Part shown: one piece after another, positions 1 through 10,322 of the stretch
How positions within the stretch are numbered: position 1 is the first letter of the stretch
Layout of the letters: every line of letters begins with the position of its first letter
Source: an uncultured Acidobacteriota bacterium
GTDB taxonomy: Bacteria; Acidobacteriota; Blastocatellia; RBC074
Direction: 5' to 3'
Length of the DNA stretch: 64,000 bases
Assembly (NCBI GenBank): GCA_963796275.1
Contig: CAWCKY010000006.1
Span: 2,848,001 to 2,912,000 of the forward strand
The notes under the pieces: generated by a model
Databases searched by the model: none
What the model saw: the letters and a program-made list of their open reading frames with translations, nothing else
Told to the model about the DNA's origin: nothing
Position numbers and translations under genes: made by a program

Positions 1-128
1 TTTTCCGATGGCAACCCCTTGATTCGTTCGATCAGTAACTCTGCCTGCATAAGCTCATATATGGCTCCCTGTTCGATCTTCTGTGGCGCCCGCGCATGTA
101 TGTCCTCAATGTTGCTGATAAAACTCAT
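1..128 (-). pseudogene. Partial ORF running off the window edge; N-terminus resembles bacterioferritin/Dps-like ferritin-domain proteins, apparently internally deleted
   Basis: AAGGAG RBS then MSFISNIEDIHARAPQKIEQGAI..., similar to the 'FLTDIKTLRERARQHIEQGAV' start of ferritin-like proteins, jumping directly to 'AELLIERI'. Confidence 0.35.
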
Positions 129-239
129 TTCTTTCTCTCCTTGAATATATTTTGATCAATTGAGCACAGCCATAACAGAGTCCTCAGACCGATCATTCTC
201 AATCACCCTCATCATTAGCAAGTCTGGTGCTACAGGAGC

Positions 240-255
240 TGGTATAGCTTTTGCA
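240..255 (+). promoter_or_regulatory. Sigma-54 -24/-12 promoter for 309..758
   Basis: TGGTATAGCTTTTGCA matches TGGYAYR-N4-TTGCW. Confidence 0.65.
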
Positions 256-308
256 TCTTTGTAAGTTTGCATATGGCTTCAAACAGTTTGATTTTTAAGT
301 GAAAAACT

Positions 309-758
309 ATGAGCTGCTTCCCTCCAACTAATATCGTTCGCAACATTTCACACTTGCTGGCCGCCTTCACTAGGAATTGCACTCATTTTCAACGGGAATG
401 GCAGCAGTATATTCCCAGGATTGAGACTGCTGATATCTCAGGCCGCTGGGAGGGTGAGTGGGTGAGCGAGGTAAATAGACACCGGGGCCAGCTCAAATGC
501 ATTGTGATCAGATTAGACGCGCACCATTACCGAGCAAGTTTTCACGCCACTTATTGGAATTTTCTGCGGGCTTGTTACAGCGTGAATCTCTCCGTGAATG
601 AAGTCAACGGGCGGTTCAAGTTACAAGGAGAGGTCGATCTCGGAAAGCTGGCCGGAGGAGTTTATCGATATGAAGGCGAGGTCGCAGACAAGGGATATTT
701 CTCGACTTATAAATGCCGATACGACCACGGCACTTTTCATTTACACCGCCTGGATTGA
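309..758 (+). CDS. Hypothetical protein (beta-rich, 149 aa)
   Basis: ORF with 'ISGRWEGEW' beta-barrel-like start, downstream of a sigma-54-like promoter. Confidence 0.6.
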   Translation: MSCFPPTNIVRNISHLLAAFTRNCTHFQREWQQYIPRIETADISGRWEGEWVSEVNRHRGQLKCIVIRLDAHHYRASFHATYWNFLRACYSVNLSVNEVNGRFKLQGEVDLGKLAGGVYRYEGEVADKGYFSTYKCRYDHGTFHLHRLD

Positions 759-947
759 TACTCACATAGACATTTGGGCCTAATATGCATCCTGCGCTTA
801 CGAGCGAGAGACACCGAAGTGATTCTTACACCAATCGGTACAGCTATATCTTTCAGGGCCGTGCCGATGGTTTAAACAGGGTTTTCCATTCACACGCAGT
901 CTGAAAACGTTGTGGATCAATGTTCCGAGTTACACAATGGAACCTTA

Positions 948-2441
948 TCAGAGCAGTTGGTTGAGAGCCCTGGTTAAGACTTCGTATCCCAGAACCCGCA
1001 CAGGGTCGAACCCCGTGTGTTTTTGGTAGACCTCGCCTTTGGAATCGATAATCACGATGGATGGCAGTGCATCCAGGCCAAATGCGCGAAAGGCCTTCCT
1101 CTCGGGATCGCGCAGCACAGTCAGCTGCAAACCATTCTCTCGGGCGAAAGCTTTGAGACCGGCATCTGAAATGTAGGATTCGTCGCCGACACGCGCACTG
1201 TTAATGCTCACCCAGTAAAAGACGACGCTACGGTTTTCATAAAGATTGGCGATTCGCTGTAACGCTGGTAGAGACTTGTTTGTCATTGGTACCCAGGTCC
1301 CATTGAACACGAGCACGACTACATGCCCGCTGTGGTCAGCCAGGCTGACTCTTTTGCCGTCGACCGACCTGAAGGTCAGCTGATCCGTCTGCCTTGCGAT
1401 TTTCAATGATGCGAAAGTTAATAGTTGTTGTGAGTCGTGCCAGCGTCGGTTAAGTGTGGGCTGTTCATTTTCTTCCGTTTCGTCGGGTTGATCGCTCTTT
1501 TCCAACCTGTGTCGCTTGAGCGTAGGGAGGCGCTGGTCCTCTTTCTCCACCTCAGTCCGCCCTCCGCGGATGAATATTCCCATGCGCTCTTTCAAGGCGA
1601 TGAAGTCGGAGCTGTTGATTTGATATTCCCTCCGCTCGGGGAAACGTACCAGGAGCTTCTGTACTTCCTCAATGCGGTCTTTGCTCATCGGGTGGGTGCG
1701 AAAGGCCTTCCTCAAGGTGCCGGGATCCTTCTTCTCGGATGCCCGCAGTTTCTCGAAGAAGGTAATCAATCCCTGAGGATCGTATCCTGTCTTCCACAGA
1801 TACTGAGCCGCCAGCCGATCAGCTTCCTTTTCTGCGCCGCGCGAGAACTTGAAATAAGAGAGCGGGATCACCAGATTGGCAGTCTGATTAACCAGGAAAC
1901 CGCCCCAGCCGCCGAAGAAGATCAAAGGTATCGCCGCCCAATTGATCAGAACGCCTTTTGTGGCCTGTTCGATGCCGTGTCGCGCGGCGATGTGCGCCAC
2001 CTCATGAGCGATTACGCCTGCGAGTTCAGCCTCGTTATCGACAGACTCGATCAACCCTCGATTGATATAAAGAAAACCTCCAGGCAGCGTGAAGGCGTTG
2101 ATGTCGGATGAATCGATCACCTTAATCGTCACAGGCACTTTGACGTCCGAGTTGATGACGATGTTTTGTGTGACGCGGTTGACGAACTCGAGCAGGATCG
2201 GGTCAGCGACTAAATTCGAGCGCCGATCCATTTCAGCAGCCATTCGCCGGCCGAGCGCTAATTCCTTCTCCAGCGAGTAGAAATTGATCTGGCCATTGTT
2301 GATGTCGCGTTTGCCGATCAGTTGCGGGTTCTCTCTCTTTTTGAGCGGCCTCTGTTTGTTATCCGCCAACACAGGGGCGACGACAAGCCAAAAGGCTAAG
2401 AGCGGTGGCAAAATGTGTCTGGATAGATTCTTAGCGCTCAA
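948..2441 (-). CDS. M48 family (BepA-like) zinc metalloprotease fused to a C-terminal TlpA/redoxin-like domain lacking CxxC
   Basis: Signal peptide; HEVAH, FSRGAEKEAD and THP motifs; C-terminal thioredoxin fold with NGTWVPMT where WCxxC is expected. Confidence 0.85.
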   Translation of the reverse strand: MSAKNLSRHILPPLLAFWLVVAPVLADNKQRPLKKRENPQLIGKRDINNGQINFYSLEKELALGRRMAAEMDRRSNLVADPILLEFVNRVTQNIVINSDVKVPVTIKVIDSSDINAFTLPGGFLYINRGLIESVDNEAELAGVIAHEVAHIAARHGIEQATKGVLINWAAIPLIFFGGWGGFLVNQTANLVIPLSYFKFSRGAEKEADRLAAQYLWKTGYDPQGLITFFEKLRASEKKDPGTLRKAFRTHPMSKDRIEEVQKLLVRFPERREYQINSSDFIALKERMGIFIRGGRTEVEKEDQRLPTLKRHRLEKSDQPDETEENEQPTLNRRWHDSQQLLTFASLKIARQTDQLTFRSVDGKRVSLADHSGHVVVLVFNGTWVPMTNKSLPALQRIANLYENRSVVFYWVSINSARVGDESYISDAGLKAFARENGLQLTVLRDPERKAFRAFGLDALPSIVIIDSKGEVYQKHTGFDPVRVLGYEVLTRALNQLL

Positions 2442-2469
2442 ATCTTACTCTTTTACACGCGCCCATCGC

Positions 2470-3618
2470 TCAGTAACGAAAGATTGCGGCGACAGGAGAG
2501 ATATCGGGCATCTGCTCTCGTGGGACGGCGAAGACCGTTCCACCAGTAGCGAGCGTTCGCAATGCCATCAGATCGAGCAGGTCTTCATCTTCGGGTTGGG
2601 CATCTGTGTGCATAGTGACGGTATTCTGGTCCGCATCAAAACTTCCCCGGCTCTGTGCATTTACCTGAACAAAGAGCGTAGCAATACGACCATGTACGGC
2701 AGCAAGGTCGGCCTCGCTGACGCGATTGGTCGTTTTGCCTGTGCCTGTTAGTTCCCAATATAACTCTTCTGCTTCTTTGCGAGCTCGCCGATAGTGCGAC
2801 TGCACGATCGTCCACGTATTCTTATGTAGTTCTTCGAGCGGCATCTGCTGGGGGTCGCCGTGAATTCCTTCAATGAGCCTGTGTGGATAAGTGTTAACCG
2901 AACGATAGATCGGATGGAGATATTCAACACCGGCCAGGATCAGCGGTGCAGATTCTTCTCTGAGAAGATCGTGCAGACTCGCGTCCACCCATCGGAAGAA
3001 ACGCCGCAACCTGTACTTGTGGACCTCGTCTTCTCCGACCTGATCGTGAAAGACTGCTGTACGTATTCCTCCTGACGGCGGGCTGCTATGAAACTGCCAT
3101 ATTTTCTGTGGCTCTTCTTCACCGAGAGTATCGGCCAAACTCACAGGCATTCCTTCGAGGAAAATCTCGTTGAGGCTATAGCTCGAGCCTTGAAATACCC
3201 TGACCTGATTTTGACATAGCGCCAGAAGATAAAATTGGCCGGCACTCGTGAAATAACGCAGCAATGGTTTCAGGTAAAAGTGGTCAGCGATGACTGCAAG
3301 TTTTGGGAACCTGACCGGCAGGCTGTAATGGCGGAAGAAATCTTCGGTCAGAAACAGTGCCAGACCATCGCTCTGATGCTGCCAGAAGTATTCCTGATCG
3401 AATAATTGCTGCGCCGGTTTGAGAAGCTCTTGCACCTTCGCACTCCACAGGCCGAGGGCGAGAAGGCGCTTCTCAGCTTCACGCAGGAGGTTCTTCAGCC
3501 TGATCGGATCCTGGCGAGTCTCTGCTTCGGCACGATGCGTTGGCAAATAGATCGAGATGCAATAATCATTCTGTTTCCCAACCAATGAGTGCAGTTCTTC
3601 TCTGTTCAATATTGGCAT
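2470..3618 (-). CDS. Bacterial archaeo-eukaryotic release factor family protein (baeRF3/baeRF7-like)
   Basis: CISIYLPTHR..QDPIRLKNLL start, PLILAGVEYLHPIY, AAVHGRIATLFV, and AAIFRY end; GAGG RBS before ATG 3618. Confidence 0.85.
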   Translation of the reverse strand: MPILNREELHSLVGKQNDYCISIYLPTHRAEAETRQDPIRLKNLLREAEKRLLALGLWSAKVQELLKPAQQLFDQEYFWQHQSDGLALFLTEDFFRHYSLPVRFPKLAVIADHFYLKPLLRYFTSAGQFYLLALCQNQVRVFQGSSYSLNEIFLEGMPVSLADTLGEEEPQKIWQFHSSPPSGGIRTAVFHDQVGEDEVHKYRLRRFFRWVDASLHDLLREESAPLILAGVEYLHPIYRSVNTYPHRLIEGIHGDPQQMPLEELHKNTWTIVQSHYRRARKEAEELYWELTGTGKTTNRVSEADLAAVHGRIATLFVQVNAQSRGSFDADQNTVTMHTDAQPEDEDLLDLMALRTLATGGTVFAVPREQMPDISPVAAIFRY

Positions 3619-3714
3619 CTTCACCTCAATGTCAGGATTTTCACTTATGGGCTGCTCAGAGAACCGCTAATCGTGCGTCAGACAACCCTCTCTGCGGGGC
3701 TCGATCATTGGAAG

Positions 3715-3730
3715 TGCAACGCCTATGCCA
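3715..3730 (-). promoter_or_regulatory. Sigma-54 promoter for the baeRF-M48 operon
   Basis: TGGCATAGGCGTTGCA on the minus strand. Confidence 0.8.
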
Positions 3731-3842
3731 GCAGAGAAGCGCGCAGGAAAATACAGACTTTTCAAGCAGTAAGGAGCGCGAGATGGGCAAGGATTAGTTG
3801 TAAAGACAGCTTGATATCAATTGTAAAGTTGGCGCCAGAGTG

Positions 3843-3880
3843 TGTGGGCAAATGCCACATGTGTGTAGAAAAATTACTCA
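3843..3880. promoter_or_regulatory. Tandem 17-bp enhancer-like (UAS) sites
   Basis: TGTGGGCAAATGCCACA-N4-TGTAGAAAAATTACTCA, about 113 bp upstream of the -24 box. Confidence 0.65.
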
Positions 3881-3968
3881 TTCTATAAACCGCGCTTCTG
3901 CGTGCTTTGGGTAGCAGAGTGAGGCAACGTGCTTGGCTCCGGCTCACCCGCTGATACAACTCATTGAT

Positions 3969-4823
3969 TCACATTGTCTCACTCAACAGTTGCATTACCG
4001 CATCGCGCCACCCCTGCGGGCCGATGCGCTCGGTCAGTCGCGCTCCTGAGAACTGAGCAGTCAGGTTTGGGTCATGCATGCCTGACGGGCGTTTGACGAT
4101 GATCGGCAACTCCACGTTGTTGAACATCGGCTCGTCATTCGGGCTGTCGCCGATGGCGACGGTAGTAATCGGGCCATAGGCGCGAAAGAACATCTCATTG
4201 AGAAACTTGACAGCTAACCCTTTATCGGAATTGCCGTGCAGATGGTAATAACGCCCGCCGACTGAAAATCGCAGGCCGCATTGCCTGATTCTTTGCAGGA
4301 ACCCCTGGATCTCTTCCGGCGCGGAGCTGGAGAAGCGGAATGGCTCGCTATATTCGCGGTCTTTGGCGCGCTGCGCTTCAACAAGCGTCATGGCGCATTC
4401 ATGAGCGATCTCCTTGACCGTTAGATCGCTGAAGCCAACGATGCTGAGGTTGGGAAACTCAACGCGATACCTGCGGAAAAGATCGACAAGCTTCGAGTAT
4501 GGCTCAGCCATCTCGATCACCGAGTAACCGTCGCATGAAGCGCTGCCTTCGATGGCGAAGGGAAAATATCCCTCAGGCACATAGATTGCCCCGCCGTTCT
4601 CGACGATGAATGGATCGTTCGCTTCTGTCGCTTTCCGAATATGCTCGATCTCGGCACGCGTCTTACTCGAACAGAAAACGACTGGAATGCCTTTCTCCTG
4701 TGCAGTCCACAACGCCGGTAGCGACTCGCGAAACTTATAATTCTTTTCATCAAGAAAGGTACCATCCAGATCTGTGTAAATAATCGTCTTGCCATTCTGT
4801 CTCATAAATTTAGTTATCTTCAT
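3969..4823 (-). CDS. mpgP: Glucosyl/mannosyl-3-phosphoglycerate phosphatase (HAD IIB, MpgP/YedP family)
   Basis: TDLDGTFL, CSSKTRAE, PFIVENG and GDSPND motifs; translationally coupled to gpgS. Confidence 0.88.
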   Translation of the reverse strand: MKITKFMRQNGKTIIYTDLDGTFLDEKNYKFRESLPALWTAQEKGIPVVFCSSKTRAEIEHIRKATEANDPFIVENGGAIYVPEGYFPFAIEGSASCDGYSVIEMAEPYSKLVDLFRRYRVEFPNLSIVGFSDLTVKEIAHECAMTLVEAQRAKDREYSEPFRFSSSAPEEIQGFLQRIRQCGLRFSVGGRYYHLHGNSDKGLAVKFLNEMFFRAYGPITTVAIGDSPNDEPMFNNVELPIIVKRPSGMHDPNLTAQFSGARLTERIGPQGWRDAVMQLLSETM

Positions 4824-6034
4824 TACCTTTCATTATCTGCTTCTACTGCTGCTTTCAGTTCCTCGAAGAAATGCGGGAATGCCGAAGCTACACGGTTCCA
4901 ATTGGGAATCAGCGGCACACCGAGAGGGTCTTCAAAGAATTTCTCGCCAGCGATTCTGATTCCGCGTGCGAAAGAGTCCACCGCCGTCTCCTCAGCGTGA
5001 CGATCGAATTCCAATCCGTTGATCCACGCGTCGCCCTGATAGCGATTGATCGTATCTTCGGCCATGCGGACATAGGCTGCCTGCAAGGTTTTAAACCGAC
5101 CTTGCGTTAGCTCGACGCCCTGTGCGGCGAGCGTCCGGAAGAGAGTCTTGCTCACGTCAATGCACATCTTGAGTAATCCCTTTTCGGGATCGTCAGGTGA
5201 AAGGCACTGATGCTTGTGTTCGTAGTTATCGGCGATATCCACCTGACAAACGCGTTTAATCGAGGTGTTGCGGCGCACTTCTGCGAGTACGCCGATCTCC
5301 AACCCCCAGTCGCTCGGGATGCGGTTGGCGCGCGCCAGATCGGATTGCATACAGAACTCGCCGGCCAGCGGATAGCGAAAGCTGTCTAGATAACGCAGGA
5401 ATTCGGTATGGCCGACGATCTCCAGCATCGAACGGATGAGAGGCGCAATCAGCAACCGCGTCGCGCGTCCATACATCCGGTCAGTCACCCGGGCATAAAA
5501 TCCTTTGCTGAACTCGTAATCGGCATTCGGGTTGGCGACCGGATAGATCAGCCTGGCCAGGAGCTCGCGCGAATAGTTGACGATGTCGCAATCGTGCAGG
5601 GCGATCACCTGGCTGCGCTGACAAGCTAAAACGTAGCCATAGGCCATCCAGCATGAGCGGCCCTTCCCATCGCCGCCAACGCGCATTCCGGCGCCTTCGA
5701 GCTTGTCGTACAAGGCGCTGATGCGCGGCCCAGTATTCCATACTATCATCGGGCGCTGCGGCAGCGCCGTGAAGAACTCCTTCGCGTGGTTGAATTCATG
5801 CGTATTAGCGCCTCCCATCGTGACGACCGTCTGCTCCAGATACTTAACCTTTTTCAACTCCTCGATGATGACGGGCAGGGCAGGTCCTTCGACTTCCGAA
5901 TATAGGGCGGGGAGCACCAGCGCTATTGGGCGTTGTCTGGCAAAGCTCAGCAACTCATCTTCGAGCCGTTCCAACTTTGGCTTACCAAGCCGATGAAACG
6001 TTGCTACCAATCCGGTTTGATAAAAGTCGCTCAT
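4823..6034 (-). CDS. gpgS: Glucosyl-3-phosphoglycerate synthase family glycosyltransferase
   Basis: MSDFYQTG start, GKGRSCW, LHDCDI, YPLAGEF, DWGLEIG and YEHKHQ motifs. Confidence 0.85.
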   Translation of the reverse strand: MSDFYQTGLVATFHRLGKPKLERLEDELLSFARQRPIALVLPALYSEVEGPALPVIIEELKKVKYLEQTVVTMGGANTHEFNHAKEFFTALPQRPMIVWNTGPRISALYDKLEGAGMRVGGDGKGRSCWMAYGYVLACQRSQVIALHDCDIVNYSRELLARLIYPVANPNADYEFSKGFYARVTDRMYGRATRLLIAPLIRSMLEIVGHTEFLRYLDSFRYPLAGEFCMQSDLARANRIPSDWGLEIGVLAEVRRNTSIKRVCQVDIADNYEHKHQCLSPDDPEKGLLKMCIDVSKTLFRTLAAQGVELTQGRFKTLQAAYVRMAEDTINRYQGDAWINGLEFDRHAEETAVDSFARGIRIAGEKFFEDPLGVPLIPNWNRVASAFPHFFEELKAAVEADNER

Positions 6035-6195
6035 TGGGCCTCCTAATCTTTCTGTATTTGGTTCAACGACTGAGCGTGATGTGTGGTCACTGCGCCTCTC
6101 TTGCTTTGAAACAACGAATGGTCTTTCTAAGGCGAGTGTGCGCTCCGGTGCATTGCAAAGCTTGGTTCTGTCGTTTCGCTATCAGCTTATGTAAG

Positions 6196-6211
6196 TACAA
6201 TCGGCGTGCCA
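6196..6211 (-). promoter_or_regulatory. Sigma-54 promoter for gpgS-mpgP
   Basis: TGGCACGCCGATTGTA, identical to the copy at 8839-8854. Confidence 0.7.
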
Positions 6212-6291
6212 CGGAGAGCAGGAGTAAAGGCCTTTAATGAAGGAGTTTAACCGTCGTTTTCGTATTGTCGCGCTGCCAGTAGGCTAGCCCA

Positions 6292-6329
6292 TGTGGCAAT
6301 CTGGGACATGGCATTGGCTAAATGCTAAT
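6292..6329. promoter_or_regulatory. Tandem UAS sites
   Basis: TGTGGCAATCTGGGACA-N4-ATTGGCTAAATGCTAAT, about 80 bp upstream of the -24 box. Confidence 0.65.
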
Positions 6330-6362
6330 CTCTCGAGTGATGCCGGTAACAATCAGCAACTC

Positions 6363-7543
6363 TTATGAGCTCTGGGTTTCGTAAGCATCGTGCTCCATCT
6401 TCAACTCGACGCGCTTCATTAACAGGCGCTTGATGTGATCGCGCGAAATGAAGCCGACCAGCCGGCTGTTGGACGTCACTGCCAACGGATCTTCTTGACT
6501 ATGGCCCATTAACCCTAACGCTTCGGTGATAGGTGTTTCGGGAGTAACCGTTTGAAGCCGATCTATTTGCTTCATCACATCGTAGACCACTGTGTATGGC
6601 CATCGCCTACGCGCGATCTTTCTAACTTCCTGAACCGTGATCAATCCAGTCAACTCGCTGCCATGCATAATCAGAAAGCAATCCCCCTCGCCGCGCATTA
6701 AGTGATCTTCAACGAAAGTTTGAAGGTTGGTATTGCCATCAATGACGGGGCAGTCACTCTCCATCACGTCCTTGGCGCACACACCGCGTAACCGCTCGCT
6801 AACCTCAGTTTGTGAGACACTCGCCAGAGCTACCTGGAACAGAAACCAACCGATAAACGCCATCCACAACCCGCCGAAGACGGCCCCCTTAAAGATGGCG
6901 AGGATGCCGATAACGATGAAGGAGGTGGCAAAGAACGTCCCGGCGAATGACGCTAACCAGGTCGCGCGTGTTTCATCGCCTGTCCCCCACCAGATAATTG
7001 CACGCAACACGCGCCCGCCATCCATCGGAAAGCCGGTACCAGGTTGAAAATTGCCAGCCCGATATTGATGTAGCCAAGCCAGACGATCATTGCTTGCAAC
7101 AGCGTCACCGGTTCCGCAAGCAGCATCCAGCCGCTCAGCCATGCCAGCGCCAGACAGATAAACCCAATTGCAGCGCTGGTGAATGGGCCGGCGATTCCTA
7201 TCCAGAATTCAGATTTCGCGTCGCTGGCCTCGTTTTCTATTTGCGCCACGCCGCCGAGGGCAAACAACATGATCGCCCTCACAGACAGTCCGAGCCTCTT
7301 GGCTACTACCGCGTGTGAAAGCTCATGAGTCAGAATCGATGCGAAAAGGAGAGCGCAGGTGATCATCGCTGCCCCCCAGACCATACCTGTACTCCAGGCT
7401 GGATTGACGGTTCGAAAATGGCTTGCCAGCAAAATGACGATCAGTGCTGCGGTGATCAACCAACTGATATGCAAATTGATTTCAATGCCGGAAATGCCCC
7501 CTAGCTTGAATAATGTTCGTATCTTCACCTCTTTACCTGTCAT
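6363..7543 (-). pseudogene. Site-2 protease (M50) with CBS domains, frameshifted near 7033 (possibly a sequencing indel)
   Basis: HELSH in one frame and FPMDGGR plus CBS pair in the other; adding one G to CCGGC restores [12 protein letters not shown]. Confidence 0.85.
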
Positions 7544-7623
7544 TTACAAAACTTTGCTGCCTGTTGCTGCGAGTCGACCACTATTTATCCACCTGATCGC
7601 GGCATCAGTCTCTTTTCGTTACA

Positions 7624-8472
7624 TCAAGCCTTTTCTCGCAACAATCGCATAACTGCTTCCGCCCATCCTGCCGGGCCGATGGCTTCTGTCAGCCGCGCCT
7701 GTGAGAATAGGGTGACGAGTCCCGGTTGATGGGCGCCGGATGGCCGCTTGATAATGATCGGCGCCGCAACCTTGCTGAGCATCGGCGCGTCGTTCTGGCT
7801 GTCGCCGATGCCGACGGTTGTAACCTTGCCATAAGCTCTTTGGTACAAGTGCGTGAGAATTTCAACGGCGTGTCCTTTGTCGTAGTTTCCATGCAAATGG
7901 TGATAGCGGCTGCCGACAGAGAATTGGCGGCCGGATTGCTTGATCCTTTCCTGGAATACATCTATCTTCTCCGGCGTAATATTGGAGAATCGGAAAGGCT
8001 CAGTGTATGCGCGGGCTTTGGCGCGTCTGGCTTCATCGAGCGTCATGCCGCATTCGAGCGCGAGTTCATTGACCGTCAGATCGCTGAAGCCAACGATATC
8101 GAGATTGATGGAACCGGCGCGCATCAAGCGGAAAAGGTTTACCATCCTAGAGTACGACTCGCCCAGCTCGATCACATCGTAACCGTCGCGCGACATGCTG
8201 TCTTCGATGGTGAAGGGGAAATAGCCCTCAGGCACGAGGATCGCCCCGCCGTTTTCGACAATAAACGGATCGGTCACTTCCGTCGCCTTCCTGAGGTGCT
8301 CGATCTCGGCGCGCGTCTTGCTCGAACAGAAGACCACAGGAATGCCTCTCTCTTGCGCAGCCCGCAACGCCGGCAGAGACTCCCGAAACGAATAGCCCTC
8401 TTCATCGAGAAATGTTCCGTCCAGATCGGTGTAAATAATCGTCTTTCTATGTGGTCTCATAAACTCAGTCAT
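7624..8472 (-). CDS. mpgP: Second MpgP/YedP-family HAD phosphatase (paralog of 3969..4823)
   Basis: Same HAD motifs; long stretches identical to the first copy. Confidence 0.88.
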   Translation of the reverse strand: MTEFMRPHRKTIIYTDLDGTFLDEEGYSFRESLPALRAAQERGIPVVFCSSKTRAEIEHLRKATEVTDPFIVENGGAILVPEGYFPFTIEDSMSRDGYDVIELGESYSRMVNLFRLMRAGSINLDIVGFSDLTVNELALECGMTLDEARRAKARAYTEPFRFSNITPEKIDVFQERIKQSGRQFSVGSRYHHLHGNYDKGHAVEILTHLYQRAYGKVTTVGIGDSQNDAPMLSKVAAPIIIKRPSGAHQPGLVTLFSQARLTEAIGPAGWAEAVMRLLREKA

Positions 8473-8475
8473 CCC

Positions 8476-8524
8476 CCCTCTCCTTATCCGCTTCGACCTA
8501 CGCCTTCAACTCCGCAAAGATTGG
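8476..8524 (-). pseudogene. Remnant of a gpgS 3' end
   Basis: Translates to PIFAELKA*VEADKER versus the gpgS C-terminus HFFEELKAAVEADNER; lies directly upstream of the second mpgP. Confidence 0.6.
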
Positions 8525-8558
8525 CGCTGAGTGTTTCCTGCATCTCTCTCTGATTACT

Positions 8559-8768
8559 TCACGGCTTGTGCCTTTTCTGCCCGTGCGGCGCTACGCTATC
8601 AGAGCAATATGTTTGCAGGATAGTGAACCGATAGTTACACGTTCGGCAGGAATACTCCTCATTCTCCCGCAAGCCAATGGCCAACCAAACTTGTCCGCAC
8701 TGCGGGCAAGTTTGGAAGTGCTGCTTCAAGGCTTCTTCCCACTGCTGGGTGTCTTTTTTTTGATGCAT
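8559..8768 (-). CDS. Small zinc-ribbon protein (69 aa)
   Basis: GGAG RBS, ATG 8768, CPQC...CRTC; first ORF after a sigma-54 promoter. Confidence 0.55.
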   Translation of the reverse strand: MHQKKDTQQWEEALKQHFQTCPQCGQVWLAIGLRENEEYSCRTCNYRFTILQTYCSDSVAPHGQKRHKP

Positions 8769-8838
8769 AGTCTTTTCTCCACCGAATGCGTGTGCAGCAC
8801 ACTGCAAAAAAAAGTTTCGACGTCTCTCCATTAATGAG

Positions 8839-8854
8839 TACAATCGGCGTGCCA
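8839..8854 (-). promoter_or_regulatory. Sigma-54 promoter
   Basis: TGGCACGCCGATTGTA. Confidence 0.7.
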
Positions 8855-8932
8855 TATCTGGCGATGCTAAAGCCGTCAAAGCCCTATTTGGCGGGCGTTC
8901 CCGCATCATCGCGCAGCCCATCATTTGTATCG

Positions 8933-8970
8933 TGTGGCAATTTGGGACTCGGCTTAGGATAAACGCTACA
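8933..8970. promoter_or_regulatory. Tandem UAS sites
   Basis: TGTGGCAATTTGGGACT-N4-TTAGGATAAACGCTACA. Confidence 0.65.
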
Positions 8971-9038
8971 ACTCATTGTCAGACGAACTGCAGTTTGTCC
9001 GACAATTTCCGGGCAGACGCGCGCGGCAGGAGAACAGC

Positions 9039-10322
9039 TTAAATGATCGTTCCGTCCGGGATGGTTGCGTTTTTAGGAATCACCACGATGCCATCGCGTA
9101 TGCAGTAGTTTGGACCATCGTGATGTTCGATCCCGGCCTCGTTGAGGATGTGGACGTTCGCACCGATGCGCGCGTTCTTGTCGATAATGGCGTGGCGGAT
9201 AACAGCCCCCTCGCCGATGGCGATTCGTGGGGCGCCGCGCCTTCGGTCTTCCTCCAACTCTTCGATCGTCTGGTAGTAATCGGCGCCCATCACCAGCGAG
9301 TCGCTGATTCGGGCATTGTCTTCAATCCGCGTCCGGATGCCGATGACGGAATGCTCGATCACGGCGCGATTGAGGATGCTTCCGTCGCAGATGATCGAGT
9401 TGCGGACGACGCAGTCGGCCAGCTTGGTGCCAGGCAGAAAGCGTGAGTGCGTATAGATCGGGGCTTCGGCATCGAAGAGATTGAAGCGGGGCACGATGTC
9501 GGCCAGCGCCAGATTGGCCTGGAAGAATGTCTTGATCGTTCCGATGTCCTCCCAATAATCGTCGAACAGGAACCCCTGCATTCGATATCGCCCGATCGCC
9601 GCGGGAATGACCTGATGGCCGAAATCAACGTGGTCGGTATTTTCGAGGACCTGCCGCAACGCCTCATAGCGAAAGACGTAAACCCCCATCGACGCAAGAT
9701 ACGGGCGCTCGGCGGCGGCCTCCGGGCTCAGTCCGAAGCGAGTAGTATCGACGCGCATTGGCGGTAGCGCTTCCCCCTTGGGCTTCTCGCTGAATTCGAC
9801 AATACGGTCCCGCTCATCAGTCTTTAGCAGGCCAAAGCTCGAAGCGCTCTGCTCGTCGGTCGGGATGACGGAGACCGTCACGTCAGAGTCGGTCTGTTGG
9901 TGATGGTGCAGCAGCGCGCGGTAGTCCATGCGGTAGAGGTGGTCGCCCGACAGGATCAGGACGTTGTCCGGGTTCAGTTCCCGGATGTGAACCAGCACCT
10001 GGCGTACGGCATCGGCTGTGCCCTGAAACCATTCCTTGTTGCCGGGCGTCTGCTCTGCGGCCAGCACATCAACGAAGCCATCTGAGAAGGCGCTGAAACG
10101 GTAAGTCCGCGCCAGGTGGTGATTGAGTGATGCCGAATTGAACTGCGTGAGGACGTATATCTGCGCCAGGCTCGAATTGATGCAGTTGGAGACCGTAATA
10201 TCGATCAGCCTGTATTTGCCGCCGAGCGGCACTGCGGGTTTCGAACGGTAGAGCGTTAGCGGATACAACCGCTGCCCCTGTCCTCCGCCCAGAATCAAAG
10301 CCAGTGTGTTCATGTCTTTCAT
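9039..10322 (-). CDS. glgC: Glucose-1-phosphate adenylyltransferase
   Basis: [49 protein letters not shown] motifs and left-handed beta-helix C-terminus. Confidence 0.95.
   Translation of the reverse strand: MKDMNTLALILGGGQGQRLYPLTLYRSKPAVPLGGKYRLIDITVSNCINSSLAQIYVLTQFNSASLNHHLARTYRFSAFSDGFVDVLAAEQTPGNKEWFQGTADAVRQVLVHIRELNPDNVLILSGDHLYRMDYRALLHHHQQTDSDVTVSVIPTDEQSASSFGLLKTDERDRIVEFSEKPKGEALPPMRVDTTRFGLSPEAAAERPYLASMGVYVFRYEALRQVLENTDHVDFGHQVIPAAIGRYRMQGFLFDDYWEDIGTIKTFFQANLALADIVPRFNLFDAEAPIYTHSRFLPGTKLADCVVRNSIICDGSILNRAVIEHSVIGIRTRIEDNARISDSLVMGADYYQTIEELEEDRRRGAPRIAIGEGAVIRHAIIDKNARIGANVHILNEAGIEHHDGPNYCIRDGIVVIPKNATIPDGTII

Noticed and set aside
1437-2111. Long antisense ORFs (also 7726..8553, 12103..12699, 25243..26019, 28835..29881, 33733..34644 and similar)
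   Set aside because: These are shadow frames opposite well-supported genes in GC-rich DNA, with no recognisable motifs
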